From an uncultured Bacteroidota bacterium (GTDB lineage Bacteria > Bacteroidota > Bacteroidia > Flavobacteriales > Flavobacteriaceae): a stretch of 64,000 bases of DNA. Position 1 is the stretch's first letter, and every line of letters begins with the position of its first letter. The notes under the pieces are model-generated. The model was not told the DNA's origin, ran no database searches, and saw only the letters and a program-made list of their open reading frames with translations. Shown here one piece after another: positions 21,304 through 32,298 of this stretch. Both the position numbers and the translations under genes were made by a program. The stretch covers positions 4,760 through 68,759 of the forward strand of contig CACNDW010000002.1 of the NCBI GenBank assembly GCA_902619315.1, written 5' to 3'.

Positions 21304-23412
21304 ATGAGTAATATGTTTAATAAAAGCCTTTTTCTCATATCAATGATTATTGTCTCATGTAACAATGATGATAAATTTGTTTTATGGAATACATACAGTG
21401 GAGATCCTTCAGGTTCAAAATATTCATCTTTAAATGAGATTAACTCTCAAAACGTTGAAAAGCTAAAACTTTTATGGACATATGAACTTTTTGATAAAAA
21501 TGAAGAGCATAGAAACGGAATTCAATCGAACCCAATAATTATTGATGGCCGAATTTATTTAATAGGTCCTGATTTTAACGTCCACTCAATTAATAGTGAA
21601 AACGGAGCTCCAATTTGGAAGTATAACCCATTCCCCGAAAATAGAATATCTGGAACTACCAGAGGAGTTACATATTATGATGATGGACTTAATGGAAGAA
21701 TTTTTTTTGTAGCTGAGTCGTTTTTGTTTTGTTTGGATGCTTTAACTGGAAAATTAATTGACTCTTTTGGAAGTAATGGAAAAACTAGTCTGAATAAAGG
21801 CTTTGAGAGGAATACTGAGGATCTATTTATTTCAGTAACAACTCCTGGAATTATTTTTAAAAACATATTAATTCTTGGATCTAGAGTATTAGATTCTTCA
21901 AACCAAAAAACTATACCTGGGAATATTAGAGCATTTGATGTATTAACTGGTGATATAATTTGGACATTCAATACAATTCCAAGACCTGGCGAATTTGGTT
22001 ATGAAACCTGGCCAAAAGATAGTTGGAAAAATGAGTATTTAACCGTAAACAGTTGGGGTGGCTTCACTTTAGATGAAAAAAATGAAATAGTATTTTTTGG
22101 TACTGGATCTCCTTCATATGACCATTGGGGAGGAAATAGGGTAGGCGATAATCTTTATGGGAACTGCATAATTGCACTTGAGGCTGGCACAGGAAAAAAA
22201 ATTTGGCATTATCAGACTGTTCATCATGACCTCTGGGATTATGATATTCCATGCCCACCAAATTTAGTTCAAGTAAATGTTAATGGAAAACTAATTGATG
22301 CAATTGCTCAACCAACTAAAACGGGACAATTATTTGTTCTAGATAGATTTACTGGCGATCCGATTCACCCAATTTCAGAGATAGCAGTTCCACAAAGTAA
22401 TATTCCAGGTGAGGTTACATCTAAAACTCAACCTTTTTCTAAACCAGAACTTATTTATGGAAATATCTCGATGGATAAAACTTCATTTAATAAAATTGAT
22501 GGATTTGAGAAAAAAAGTATTGAAGATTCACTAAAAAGCATGAACTACGGTAAAATATTCATTCCCCCTGGTTTAAAGCCCACTATGGTCTTTCCTCAGT
22601 TTAATGGTGGAACAGACTGGGGTGGAGCTGCCTATGATATTAATGACAGAATGATCTATGTGAATTGTAGTAATGAAGCTGAGTGGTTTGCCATGACTAA
22701 TTTAGTTGAAGATAAAAAAGTATCTCTTTACAATTATGGAAAACAATTATTTAAAACAAATTGTACAGCTTGCCACAGTAATTCAAATTCAGGCTTAAAA
22801 GCTTCAATTAATAATTTATCCGTCGCTGACAAGGATAGAATAAAAAAATCAATCTATAATGGAAAAGGGCTTATGCCTGCATTTAAAAATTTAGATGAAG
22901 ATAAATTGAATGCACTATCCTCATTCATTTTAAAAATAGGTATGGATGAAATTATTGAGGTTGAAAATAGTCATGAAATTTTTGAAATTCCTTGGGTTGC
23001 AAATGGTCACCCTGAATTGAAAACAAAAAACGATTATCCTGTAAATGATATGCCTTGGGGTACTTTGACAGGAATTGATCTTGATTTGGGAGAAATTAAA
23101 TGGCAAGTTCCTCTTGGAACTTATCCAGAATTAGAAAAACAAGGTTTACCTCCAACAGGAACCTTCAATATGGGTGGACCAATTGTTACTGCTGGAGGAT
23201 TAATATTTATAGGCGCTACAATGGATGAACGTTTCCGTGCTTTTGATAAAAAAGATGGAAGCCTAGTTTGGGAGTATCAATTAGAGGCTGGTGGTTATGC
23301 TACTCCGTCAACCTTTCAGGTTAATGGAAAACAATTAATTATTATTGCTGGTGGAGGCTCAGGCAAACCAGGAACTAAGGGAGGTAACAAATTATATTGT
23401 TTTGGGTTATAA
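21304..23412 (+). CDS. PQQ-dependent dehydrogenase (beta-propeller quinoprotein) lipoprotein with an internal c-type cytochrome domain
   Basis: The track ORF is 21295-23412 (TTG start). ATG codons occur at 21304 and 21313. The lipobox is MIIVSC. Propeller W-motifs include IWKYN, IIWTFN, KIWHYQ, IKWQVP and LVWEYQ, plus DLWDYD. The haem motif CTACH lies at 22762-22776, with a downstream GLMPAF Met. Confidence 0.8.
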   Translation: MSNMFNKSLFLISMIIVSCNNDDKFVLWNTYSGDPSGSKYSSLNEINSQNVEKLKLLWTYELFDKNEEHRNGIQSNPIIIDGRIYLIGPDFNVHSINSENGAPIWKYNPFPENRISGTTRGVTYYDDGLNGRIFFVAESFLFCLDALTGKLIDSFGSNGKTSLNKGFERNTEDLFISVTTPGIIFKNILILGSRVLDSSNQKTIPGNIRAFDVLTGDIIWTFNTIPRPGEFGYETWPKDSWKNEYLTVNSWGGFTLDEKNEIVFFGTGSPSYDHWGGNRVGDNLYGNCIIALEAGTGKKIWHYQTVHHDLWDYDIPCPPNLVQVNVNGKLIDAIAQPTKTGQLFVLDRFTGDPIHPISEIAVPQSNIPGEVTSKTQPFSKPELIYGNISMDKTSFNKIDGFEKKSIEDSLKSMNYGKIFIPPGLKPTMVFPQFNGGTDWGGAAYDINDRMIYVNCSNEAEWFAMTNLVEDKKVSLYNYGKQLFKTNCTACHSNSNSGLKASINNLSVADKDRIKKSIYNGKGLMPAFKNLDEDKLNALSSFILKIGMDEIIEVENSHEIFEIPWVANGHPELKTKNDYPVNDMPWGTLTGIDLDLGEIKWQVPLGTYPELEKQGLPPTGTFNMGGPIVTAGGLIFIGATMDERFRAFDKKDGSLVWEYQLEAGGYATPSTFQVNGKQLIIIAGGGSGKPGTKGGNKLYCFGL

Positions 23413-23526
23413 ATTATACCCTAATTTTATTGCAATGATTTCGGTTGGCTAATATGAAATATGCAAAAGAAATGTGAAAAAGACGACAACTTTAAGTTGG
23501 AGCTTAAGAGCTTAGTATGTTAGAAT

Positions 23527-26500
23527 CTAATCAAGTAATAATGGTGCACCATTTAATTCTAGTTTTTTGCCCAAAGCAGGAACTTTTACATTAGAAAATT
23601 TTTCCAGTTGGGGTTTTATTTCCTCAAACATGGTCTTGGCAATATCATAATTTTCCATATGAAGCTTTGTTTGGCCATATGAATTACCAATAAGTCCGCT
23701 GGCTGCAAAGTTTATCCTTTCACCAATAGAAAGCTCTTGTTTTTCACCTACTTCTTTTTTTGCAGAACTGCCATTAAGATGAAACATTAGATTATGCATT
23801 TCAGTGCGGAGGGCGTAAACTTCCTCAGAAAGAGCAATTTGATTTGAAGTGGTGAACTTTAGTATTTTTTCATACTTTTTCAGTAGTTTAGAAGCTTTAT
23901 CAAAATTGTGCTGCATTATATTTAACTCTTTACTCAAAGCGACTATTTTTTGAATATATGCATCTGTCTTATCAGCTAATGGGTTAGCGAGTACATTGGT
24001 TCTAATTCGTTTTACTCTAAACAAGATTGGTTGTGATAGTTTTACTGTTTGCCCTGCAATGCGTTTATATAATTGCGCAGTATAATTACCCTCTTTTACA
24101 TTAAAACGCAATGTTCTAATTTTATCATTTTTAGAATTGATATTGACGGTTGTGCCAAAAGGTTGTTTTAAGTCCCAATTAGTGTGGTTAATTCCTATTT
24201 TTAATGGTTTTGTGAGTTGATCTATTATTTTTCCTTCACTATCACGAATAACAATGATTACTTGATTACTGGCCTGAACCATTTCTTTATCTAAAGCCTC
24301 CCACCCAGGAAAAGGGATGTTAACTCCCTTTAATTCTTTTTCTCGTTCTTGTCTTTTATTTTTGTTACTTGGGTTGTCGTCTTTTATGAAATAACGGAAT
24401 AATGCCCCATACTCTGGATTTTTTGACGTAAAAAAGGACGCGCCCTGACTTGAAGTACCTCCATCTAATGGTTTGTATTGTAGAGCTGTTCTAGGCTGAA
24501 ACAAAATACCATCTTGTTTTAAACTACTTTCGGATATGTTTCTCAGTGCACTGTAATCATCTAGAACATAAAAACCACGTCCAAAAGTAGCCAATACCAA
24601 ATCGTTTTCACGTTTTTGGATGGCTAAATCTCTAACAGAAATCGTTGGTAATCCGTTTGAAAAATTATGCCATTTATCACCTTGATTAAAGCTTATATAT
24701 ACACCATACTCAGTGGCTAAAAACAATAAATTAGGATTTATATGGTCTTGAACCAAACGCCAAATAAGGTTGTTTTCTGGAATACCGTTGGTTATTGATA
24801 TCCATTTTTTACCTCCATTAGTGGTTTTATATAAATAGGGTTTGTAATCACCAAACTTATGGTTATCTAGTGCAATGTAAGCTACGCTTTCATTAAATAA
24901 ATCTGCTTTAATGTCATTTACAAAGGCAGATTTTGGAACTCCTGGTAATTGATTAACTGTCATTTTGGTCCAATTATTTCCTCCGTCTTTAGTAATTTGT
25001 ACTATACCGTCATCAGTTCCAGCGTACAATATATTCTCATTAAGTTTTGACTCAGCCAAGGAGGTTATAGTATTGTATGTAGACATGGCGTAAACATCCC
25101 AAGCATTGTCAAAACTTTGCTGTTTTCCCATAATTGGCAAGCTTAAACGTTCTTCATTTTTGGTAAGATCGGATGATACTGGATTCCAGCTGTCTCCTCT
25201 GTTATTCGAACGCCACACCCTTTGCGTTCCAAAATAAAGTCGTTTGGGGTCGTGTTGACTTACCAAAATTGGAGAGTCCCAATTGTAACGTTCGTAATCT
25301 TCACCCAGACGGGCTTGAGGCTTAATATAAGTTGCCTCACCAGTAGTTTTATCAATGCGATATAGGTTGCCTTGCTGCCACTGTGCATAAACGATATCAG
25401 GGTTTCCAGGTTCTGTAGCGGGTTGGTGCCCATCACCCCCGAGTAAAACATACCAGTCAGAGTTGGAAATTCCATTAGATTTTAAGGTCCTAGAAGGCCC
25501 CCCTTGGGTGTTATTATCTTGAGTTCCACCATAAATGTTGTAAAATGGTGTGGAATCATCCAAAGCCAGTTTATAGAACTGAGTTAAAGGTAAATTATTG
25601 ACAAATTTCCAATTTTTAGTATTATCAAAAGATTCGTACAAACCACCATCAGAACCAAATAATAAATAGTTTGGATCCTTTGATTTGAATACTAGAGCGT
25701 GGTTATCAGAGTGTTTATTATTTTCTTTCATTTCGTAGAAGGTCTTTCCGCCATCCTCAGAAACTAAGGCCCTTACATTCATTAAAAATATCTTATCAAA
25801 TTGGTGTGGGGAAGCTACAAGCTCTTGATAATAGTGTGGACCAGTTCCACCAGAAACGGTATTGGACATTTTGGTCCAACTGCCACCACTATCAGTTGAT
25901 TTGTACACCCCACCTTTTCTACGGTCTTCCTCAATAGCTGCATATAATACATTTGATTTCATAGGGGATATGGCTAAACCAATTTTACCCATGTTAGATT
26001 CAGGTAAACCATTATCAATTTTAAACCAATTATCACCATAATCTGTACTTTTGTATAGTGAAGTTCCAGGACCACCACCCATGTAAGCCGCAACAGTTCT
26101 ATGACGTTGCCATGAGGCTGCATAAAGAATAGCAGGATTTGATCCGTCAATTACTAAATCTGTAACCCCAGTCCATTTATTAATTTTTAGTTTGTTTTTC
26201 CAGGTTTTACCACCATCGGTACTTTTGTATAAACCACGCTCTCCATCAGGACTCCACAGGGGGCCTTGAACAGCTACCCAAATTGTATTTGGGTCTGTTG
26301 GGTGAACAACAATTTTGGAGATGTGCTCTGATTTTTTTAAACCAGAATTTTCCCATGTTTTTCCTCCATCATCACTAACAAATAAGCCATGGCCTATACC
26401 AACATGGCGTCCTCCAACATTTTCTCCTGTTCCAAGCCAAATTTTTTCATTATTGTGGGGGTCTATCGTTACACACCCTGTGGAGTAAAAAGACTCTTTA

Positions 26501-26772
26501 TCTGTAAGTGGTGTCCAGGTCGTTCCAGAATTCGTAGTTTTCCAAAGACCTCCAGATCCGACAGCTACATACCAAACATTCTCATTGTTGGTATCTATAG
26601 CTATATCCGCAATTCTTCCAGACATGAATGCGGGCCCAATACTTCTAAATTTAAAACCTTCTAGAGCAATTTCTAGTATACTTTTTTCTTTGTCATCTTG
26701 AGCAACGATCTGCATTGAGAAGACAAAAGAAAAAACGATAATAAATATTTTTTTTGTTAGTTTCAAAATCAT
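23527..26772 (-). CDS. Sortilin/VPS10-like BNR (Asp-box) double beta-propeller secreted protein
   Basis: 1081-aa ORF with a signal peptide. It carries many Asp-box motifs of the SxDxGxTW type: NSGTTW, SDDGGKTW, STDGGKTW, STDSGGSW, SEDGGKTF, NRGDSW, TKDGGNNW, TTNGGKKW. Confidence 0.8.
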   Translation of the reverse strand: MILKLTKKIFIIVFSFVFSMQIVAQDDKEKSILEIALEGFKFRSIGPAFMSGRIADIAIDTNNENVWYVAVGSGGLWKTTNSGTTWTPLTDKESFYSTGCVTIDPHNNEKIWLGTGENVGGRHVGIGHGLFVSDDGGKTWENSGLKKSEHISKIVVHPTDPNTIWVAVQGPLWSPDGERGLYKSTDGGKTWKNKLKINKWTGVTDLVIDGSNPAILYAASWQRHRTVAAYMGGGPGTSLYKSTDYGDNWFKIDNGLPESNMGKIGLAISPMKSNVLYAAIEEDRRKGGVYKSTDSGGSWTKMSNTVSGGTGPHYYQELVASPHQFDKIFLMNVRALVSEDGGKTFYEMKENNKHSDNHALVFKSKDPNYLLFGSDGGLYESFDNTKNWKFVNNLPLTQFYKLALDDSTPFYNIYGGTQDNNTQGGPSRTLKSNGISNSDWYVLLGGDGHQPATEPGNPDIVYAQWQQGNLYRIDKTTGEATYIKPQARLGEDYERYNWDSPILVSQHDPKRLYFGTQRVWRSNNRGDSWNPVSSDLTKNEERLSLPIMGKQQSFDNAWDVYAMSTYNTITSLAESKLNENILYAGTDDGIVQITKDGGNNWTKMTVNQLPGVPKSAFVNDIKADLFNESVAYIALDNHKFGDYKPYLYKTTNGGKKWISITNGIPENNLIWRLVQDHINPNLLFLATEYGVYISFNQGDKWHNFSNGLPTISVRDLAIQKRENDLVLATFGRGFYVLDDYSALRNISESSLKQDGILFQPRTALQYKPLDGGTSSQGASFFTSKNPEYGALFRYFIKDDNPSNKNKRQEREKELKGVNIPFPGWEALDKEMVQASNQVIIVIRDSEGKIIDQLTKPLKIGINHTNWDLKQPFGTTVNINSKNDKIRTLRFNVKEGNYTAQLYKRIAGQTVKLSQPILFRVKRIRTNVLANPLADKTDAYIQKIVALSKELNIMQHNFDKASKLLKKYEKILKFTTSNQIALSEEVYALRTEMHNLMFHLNGSSAKKEVGEKQELSIGERINFAASGLIGNSYGQTKLHMENYDIAKTMFEEIKPQLEKFSNVKVPALGKKLELNGAPLLLD

Positions 26773-27035
26773 TTTTTTTTAATTTTTTAGGATTAATAAA
26801 AACTTTTCCTTAAATATTATGTTATTAAAGGGATTAACTGCCGTGGAGCCAGCGGCTCCTCAATAACACTATGTAAACCTGTATTTACATATTATTTTAA
26901 AAATCGTTGCCCCAAGGGTTGCCTGAAATACCTCACAATACTACCTATTTATATAGGAATATGAGGTATAATAAATCGTTAAGTAATTGATTTTCAGCTA
27001 TTTGTAATTAAATAGCGGAAGACAGTTGAATATAG

Positions 27036-27435
27036 TGGTGGAGTCGGCGGGAATCGAACCCGCGTCCAAACAAGCCATAACCGAGCTTTCTACAGGTTTA
27101 GTCCTCGTTTTTTTTTCGAGGTATCAGTGACCGAAAACTGCCCTAGACACCCTTATCATCTCAATTAAAAAATACTACCGATGACTTAGTATTTCGATGT
27201 TGACATTTATGGTGCCTCCATACAGATCGCCGTCAACAAGGGCTATCTAGAGACATCTGGCTTCCCGACCTTGTCAGGACATGGCAAAGACTTACTTTAA
27301 TTCAGTCTATTATGCAGCTAGAGCGTAGTTATTCTCGCCATTTAAAAGGTTGAAACATAAGATTTACGAGCTGTGTTTCAGCGCTCGACCTGCTTACTCC
27401 GTAATGGGAACCTGCTGTCAAAACCAGTCGACCCC
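27036..27435 (-). ncRNA. ssrA: tmRNA (SsrA), tag peptide GENNYALAA
   Basis: The reverse complement begins GGGGTCGACTGGTTTTGAC and ends GGACGCGGGTTCGATTCCCGCCGACTCCACCA, giving a T-arm, an acceptor with a G3-U pair, and an encoded CCA. The tag reading frame GGC GAG AAT AAC TAC GCT CTA GCT GCA TAA is the complement of 27310-27339. Confidence 0.92.
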
Positions 27436-27589
27436 ATTATTTCAATGAACTTTTTGAGTTCCCAAATATACAAATTTCATGCCTAAGAAGATTTGCTTCA
27501 TAAATGGATGATTCCCGTATAAACTAATTTAAATTTAGTTTTAGTTTATGGATCGCCGACTCAATCTGTTACTTAATGTAAAAAATTAT

Positions 27590-28411
27590 TCATAATTTTT
27601 CTTTAACAAAAGACCTTAAATTAGATAAACGGGTCAAAAGTGACTCCAAATATTGCAAATCGAGCATATTAGACGCATCACTTTTAGCAGAGGAGGGGTC
27701 AAAATGGGTTTCAAGAAAAAGTCCGTCTACTCCAGTAACGATTCCAGCACGAGCTATAGTCTCAATACTTTCAGGTCTTCCACCACTTACTCCACTACTT
27801 TGGTTAGGCTGTTGTAGTGAATGAGTGACGTCCAGAACAGTGGGAGCAAATTTCTTCATTGTTGGAATACCCCTAAAATCTACGATTAGATCTTGATAAC
27901 CAAATTGGGTCCCACGGTCGGTAATCCAAACATTTTGGTTGTTACTTTCTTTTATTTTTTGTACAGCAAACTGCATGCTCTCAGGACTCATAAACTGCCC
28001 TTTTTTGAGGTTAACAAATTTTTTGGTTTTTGCTGCTGCTACAAGAAGGTCAGTTTGCCTGACCAAAAAAGCAGGGACTTGCAATATATCCACATAGGCA
28101 GAAGCCATAGAGGCGTCTTCTTCGCTATGAATATCTGTTACTGTGGGGACTTCAAAAGTATTCCCAACTTTTTCCAATATTTTCAGGGCTTTTTCATCTC
28201 CGATTCCAGTAAAACTGTCCAATCGACTGCGGTTAGCTTTTTTAAAACTGCCCTTAAAAATATAGGGGATCGAAAGCGCGTCTGTCACGGATTTTACCTT
28301 TTCGGCAATTCTCAGGGCCATTTCCTCCCCTTCAATGGCGCAGGGTCCTGCCATTAAAAAAAACTGATGACTTTGAGAATGTGCTATTTTTGGAAGGTCA
28401 GCGAGTGGCAT
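27590..28411 (-). CDS. kdsA: 3-deoxy-8-phosphooctulonate (KDO8P) synthase
   Basis: 273 aa with the motifs GPCAIE, KGSFKKANRS, LQVPAFLVRQTDL, NLKKGQF and LDVTHSLQ. Confidence 0.9.
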   Translation of the reverse strand: MPLADLPKIAHSQSHQFFLMAGPCAIEGEEMALRIAEKVKSVTDALSIPYIFKGSFKKANRSRLDSFTGIGDEKALKILEKVGNTFEVPTVTDIHSEEDASMASAYVDILQVPAFLVRQTDLLVAAAKTKKFVNLKKGQFMSPESMQFAVQKIKESNNQNVWITDRGTQFGYQDLIVDFRGIPTMKKFAPTVLDVTHSLQQPNQSSGVSGGRPESIETIARAGIVTGVDGLFLETHFDPSSAKSDASNMLDLQYLESLLTRLSNLRSFVKEKL

Positions 28412-28464
28412 TTTTTTGTAAAATTATTAAACGATTTTATTTGAAAGTAAAGTACTAATTAAAG

Positions 28465-29145
28465 TTATTTTTTTGCGACAACTTCAAAAACTTTTCCATC
28501 CTCACACTTGAAAATTTTTCCTGGGAATTTGACTATCATTTGATAATCATGAGTTGCCATTAGCAAGGTCATACCTCTTTGGTGAAGTAACTTGAAAAGT
28601 TGCATTATGTCCTGACTTGTTTGAGGATCCAAGTTTCCCGTAGGTTCATCTGCTATGATTAATTTGGGATCATTTAGTAAAGCCCTTGCAATGGCAATTC
28701 TTTGTTGTTCACCCCCAGACAATTCGAAAGGAAACTTATTTTTATTAATTGTTATGCCAACCATTTTAAGTACCTCATCAATACGTTGATTAATTTTATT
28801 TTTATCGCGCCAACCGGTTGCTTTAAGAACAAATTTGAGATTTTCGTATATATTGCGGTCGGGTAGTAGTTTAAAATCTTGAAATACGACCCCCAAAGAT
28901 CTTCTTAATGAAGGTATCTCTTTACTTTTGAGCCTTAAAAGGTCAAATTCCCCAACGCTTCCCAAGCCATCTTCTAGTTTCAAGTCACCGTATATGGTCT
29001 TTATAAGACTACTCTTTCCGCTTCCTGTTCTTCCAATTAAAAAAACAAAACTTCCCTCAGGAACATCAATTGAAACATCCTTTAAAACTGTTTTTCCATT
29101 TTGCTTAATGGTGGCATCACTAAAAGATACAATGTTTTTAGACAT
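28465..29145 (-). CDS. ftsE: Cell division ATP-binding protein FtsE (ABC ATPase)
   Basis: 226 aa with Walker A GRTGSGKS, signature LSGGEQQR and Walker B LIIADEP. Its size is typical of FtsE. Confidence 0.8.
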   Translation of the reverse strand: MSKNIVSFSDATIKQNGKTVLKDVSIDVPEGSFVFLIGRTGSGKSSLIKTIYGDLKLEDGLGSVGEFDLLRLKSKEIPSLRRSLGVVFQDFKLLPDRNIYENLKFVLKATGWRDKNKINQRIDEVLKMVGITINKNKFPFELSGGEQQRIAIARALLNDPKLIIADEPTGNLDPQTSQDIMQLFKLLHQRGMTLLMATHDYQMIVKFPGKIFKCEDGKVFEVVAKK

Positions 29146-29265
29146 AAAAATTTAATGTGTCCCAAATTTAAAAGGTTTTGGTTGGCTAATAAAATTTGTT
29201 GATAAAATATACGCAAGCAAAGATAATTCCGTTAATATTAGAAAGCTTTCTGATTAACTTTGAAT

Positions 29266-32200
29266 ATGATTGACCCAAAAAAAAATAGCTTTATTCCAAT
29301 TCTGTTGTTTTTTTTTACCGCCCTAAGTTGGTCACAAGTTTTTGAAAAGGCTGCCCTAAAAGTCAAAGCTACAGGGCTTTATTATCAGGGTATTTTTCCC
29401 AATGTTGAGCCTGCACTTGCCCTATATGAAGATTATAATACATCTGATACTGAACTTCAGGAGATTAATTATCTTAAAATGGTTACTGCATTGAGGTTAA
29501 ATTATCCGGGTGCGGTAAAACTTATTGAAAACTTCAGTCTTGATTATCCTAACAATACTATTTTAAAAACCGTTTATTTAGATTTGGCCAATTATTATTT
29601 TAATAATGAAAAATACTCTTACGCCCACAAGTGGTTTGCTAAAGTAAAAGCAGCGGATGTTCCAAAAGCAGCGCTTCCTGAGTTTTATTTCAACAAGGGA
29701 TATACTCTTTTTAATAAAAAAAAATACCCACAGGCCAAAGTTTTGTTGGAAAATGTAAAATTTAATCCCAAATATGAGTCTGATGCTCATTATTACCTTG
29801 GTCAAATTGCATATCAATTGGAAGATTATGCAGAAGCATCGAATTCTTTTACCCAAGTATCCAAAAAAGATCAAATGGAAAATCTAGGCTACTTCCAGGT
29901 AGAGATGAATTTTAAATTGGCAAGATTTGAAAAAGCAATTGAGCTGGGAGAGAAAGAAATTCAAAACCAAGCTGGAGATAATTTTTCAGAGCTATCAAAA
30001 ATTATAGGTGAAAGTTATTTCAATATTGGGCAATACGGAAAGGCACTTATTCATTTAAAAAATTATAAGGGTAAAATGGGTAAATGGACCCATGCAGATT
30101 TTTATCAATTGGGTTATGCCTACTACGAAACAGGCAATTACAGTCAAGCCATAGATCAATTCAACAAGATCATCAGTAAAAAAGACAAATTGGCACAGAA
30201 CGCCTATTACTATTTGGCAGAATGTTACCTCAAAAAAGAACGAAAAACTTCTGCCTTGAATGCATACAGGAGTGCTGCTTCAATGACTTTTAATGCGGAC
30301 ATATCAAAAATAGCCCTGCTCAATTATGCTCGATTGAGTTATGAGATCGGAAACCCCTACGAAAAAGTCCCACAGCTCATCATCAGATATCTCGAAACCT
30401 ACCCCAAAACATCAGAAGAGCAAGAGCTTATGGCGCTTTTGTTGAGTTCTTACACCAACAGCGGTGATTACGATGGTGTACTTTCTATTCTGTCCTCTCA
30501 AAGCGATTACAAAGACGATCGATTATTACAAAAGGTTACCTTTCTCAAAGCGATTCAATTATATAATGCCGGTGATTATCCTAAGGCAAGTTCTTATTTC
30601 CAAAGTGCAGTTAAAATTGATAAAGTCAAAGCTCTTACATCACAATCCCTTTTTTGGCTGGCTCAGACTTATTATGAACTTAATCAATTTGAGGATGCTG
30701 TTGATGGATTTTTTGTTTTTGAAAACAATGTACCCAAAAAGGCAATGCTTAATGAATTGGAGTACCACTATCACTTGGGATATACCTATTTTAAAATGGG
30801 CGAGTATGAATTGGCCTTGGGTTCATTCAAAAAAGTCATCGATCGACAAATACACTATCCTCGCAGTAAAGTTCGCGATGCCTTCATTCGCATGGGAGAT
30901 GCTGAGTTTGCCATGAGTCGTTTCTGGCCTGCCATGGAGCAATATAACAAAGGGATTGCCATGTCTCCTGCACAATCCGATTATGCCTTATATCAAAAGT
31001 CAATAAGCTATGGTTTTGTTGACCGCAACAAGCAAAAAATCAACACGCTCATAGAATTAATTGATAAGCATCCCCGCTCTGCCTATATAGACGATGCCTT
31101 CTTTGAGTTGAGCAGTGCCTATGCTGTTGCAGGTTCTTTTGATACGGCAATCAATAATTACGATAAAATGATCGGTCGTTTTCCCAAAAGCCCCTACCTT
31201 CCCAAAGCCATTCTCAATAAAGGTTTGATCCTCTACAATCAGGAAAAGCTGAGTCATGCAGAAAGTGTGTTGAAAAACTTGGTGAGGCGCTTCACCAAAG
31301 ATGCAGTGGCACAACAGGCCCTGGGAACCCTTAAAGAAATTGCAGTTGATACCGATAAGGTTCCTCAGTTTACCAAATGGCTCAAATCATCGAATATCGA
31401 GACCTTCTCTGATGATGAATTGGAGCAAACGGCTTTTTCGGCTGCCGAAAAACAATTTTTAAGTGACCGTAAAAAACAAGCTAAAAAATCTTTCATTTCT
31501 TATTTAGATATTTATCCTCAGGGGCGCAATGCCCTCAGTGCCCATTTTGTATTGGCCGAAATTTATTTAGAAGAATCTGATGAGGAATCAGCTCTTGAAC
31601 ATTACCAAAAATTGATTGATGATCAACCCAATGAGTATTATGAACAAGCCTTGGTCAGGGCCACCCAGATCTTGGTCAAACAGCAAATGCAAGAAAAAGC
31701 AGTACCCCTTTGGAAGCAATTGGAGGGAGTAGCCGTATACCCGGAAAACAAACGTTATGCCATGTTCAATTTGATGCGTTCCTATTATCAATCTGAAAAG
31801 TTTGAGGAAGCACAAACCAAATCAGAGGCGGTATTGAAATTGAAAAATATAGAAGTAAAAGTCAAATGGGATGCATACGAAATATTGGCCCAAACCTCCA
31901 TTGCCTTGGGAGATTCCCTTAAGGCCGAATCGGCCTTTAAGGTTTTGGAAAAAGCCCCTATCGACAAACTTGCTGCAGAAGCTTATTATTTCAGAGCCCA
32001 TCAAAACCATAAAAATAATGACTATGAGAAATCCAACGAAGTCATTGCTCTATTGTCACAAAAATTCAGCAGTCAGCCCTACTGGGCCGCCAAAAGTCTA
32101 TTACTTATGGCCCAAAACTTTTATGCTGTCAAGGATGCCTTTCAAGCCACATACATTTTGGAATCCCTGATCGAAAATTACAAGCAGTTTCCAGAAATAT

Positions 32201-32298
32201 CAAAAAAAGGGGAAACCTTATTGAATCAAATTAAAGAAAAACAAGCTGAGCAAAATGCCAGTTTATCCCAATCCACCGCCACCAATGAAATACAATAA
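29266..32298 (+). CDS. Large tetratricopeptide-repeat (TPR) exported protein
   Basis: The track ORF starts at TTG 29260, and the first ATG is at 29266. The signal-like N-terminus is FIPILLFFFTALSWSQV. About 1,000 aa of TPR-like A/Y/L-rich helical repeats follow. Confidence 0.75.
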   Translation: MIDPKKNSFIPILLFFFTALSWSQVFEKAALKVKATGLYYQGIFPNVEPALALYEDYNTSDTELQEINYLKMVTALRLNYPGAVKLIENFSLDYPNNTILKTVYLDLANYYFNNEKYSYAHKWFAKVKAADVPKAALPEFYFNKGYTLFNKKKYPQAKVLLENVKFNPKYESDAHYYLGQIAYQLEDYAEASNSFTQVSKKDQMENLGYFQVEMNFKLARFEKAIELGEKEIQNQAGDNFSELSKIIGESYFNIGQYGKALIHLKNYKGKMGKWTHADFYQLGYAYYETGNYSQAIDQFNKIISKKDKLAQNAYYYLAECYLKKERKTSALNAYRSAASMTFNADISKIALLNYARLSYEIGNPYEKVPQLIIRYLETYPKTSEEQELMALLLSSYTNSGDYDGVLSILSSQSDYKDDRLLQKVTFLKAIQLYNAGDYPKASSYFQSAVKIDKVKALTSQSLFWLAQTYYELNQFEDAVDGFFVFENNVPKKAMLNELEYHYHLGYTYFKMGEYELALGSFKKVIDRQIHYPRSKVRDAFIRMGDAEFAMSRFWPAMEQYNKGIAMSPAQSDYALYQKSISYGFVDRNKQKINTLIELIDKHPRSAYIDDAFFELSSAYAVAGSFDTAINNYDKMIGRFPKSPYLPKAILNKGLILYNQEKLSHAESVLKNLVRRFTKDAVAQQALGTLKEIAVDTDKVPQFTKWLKSSNIETFSDDELEQTAFSAAEKQFLSDRKKQAKKSFISYLDIYPQGRNALSAHFVLAEIYLEESDEESALEHYQKLIDDQPNEYYEQALVRATQILVKQQMQEKAVPLWKQLEGVAVYPENKRYAMFNLMRSYYQSEKFEEAQTKSEAVLKLKNIEVKVKWDAYEILAQTSIALGDSLKAESAFKVLEKAPIDKLAAEAYYFRAHQNHKNNDYEKSNEVIALLSQKFSSQPYWAAKSLLLMAQNFYAVKDAFQATYILESLIENYKQFPEISKKGETLLNQIKEKQAEQNASLSQSTATNEIQ

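Noticed and set aside
26773-27589. Genomic island or prophage integrated at the tmRNA gene (a frequent att site)
   Set aside because: There is no integrase and no direct repeat of the ssrA 3' end on either side. The flanks are ordinary chromosomal genes (the BNR protein gene and kdsA).
27893-28357. 154-aa plus-strand ORF inside kdsA
   Set aside because: It is antisense to a strongly supported kdsA CDS and has no recognisable motifs.
30464-30916. 150-aa plus-strand ORF in an alternative frame of the TPR gene
   Set aside because: It overlaps the long TPR frame completely and has no independent support.
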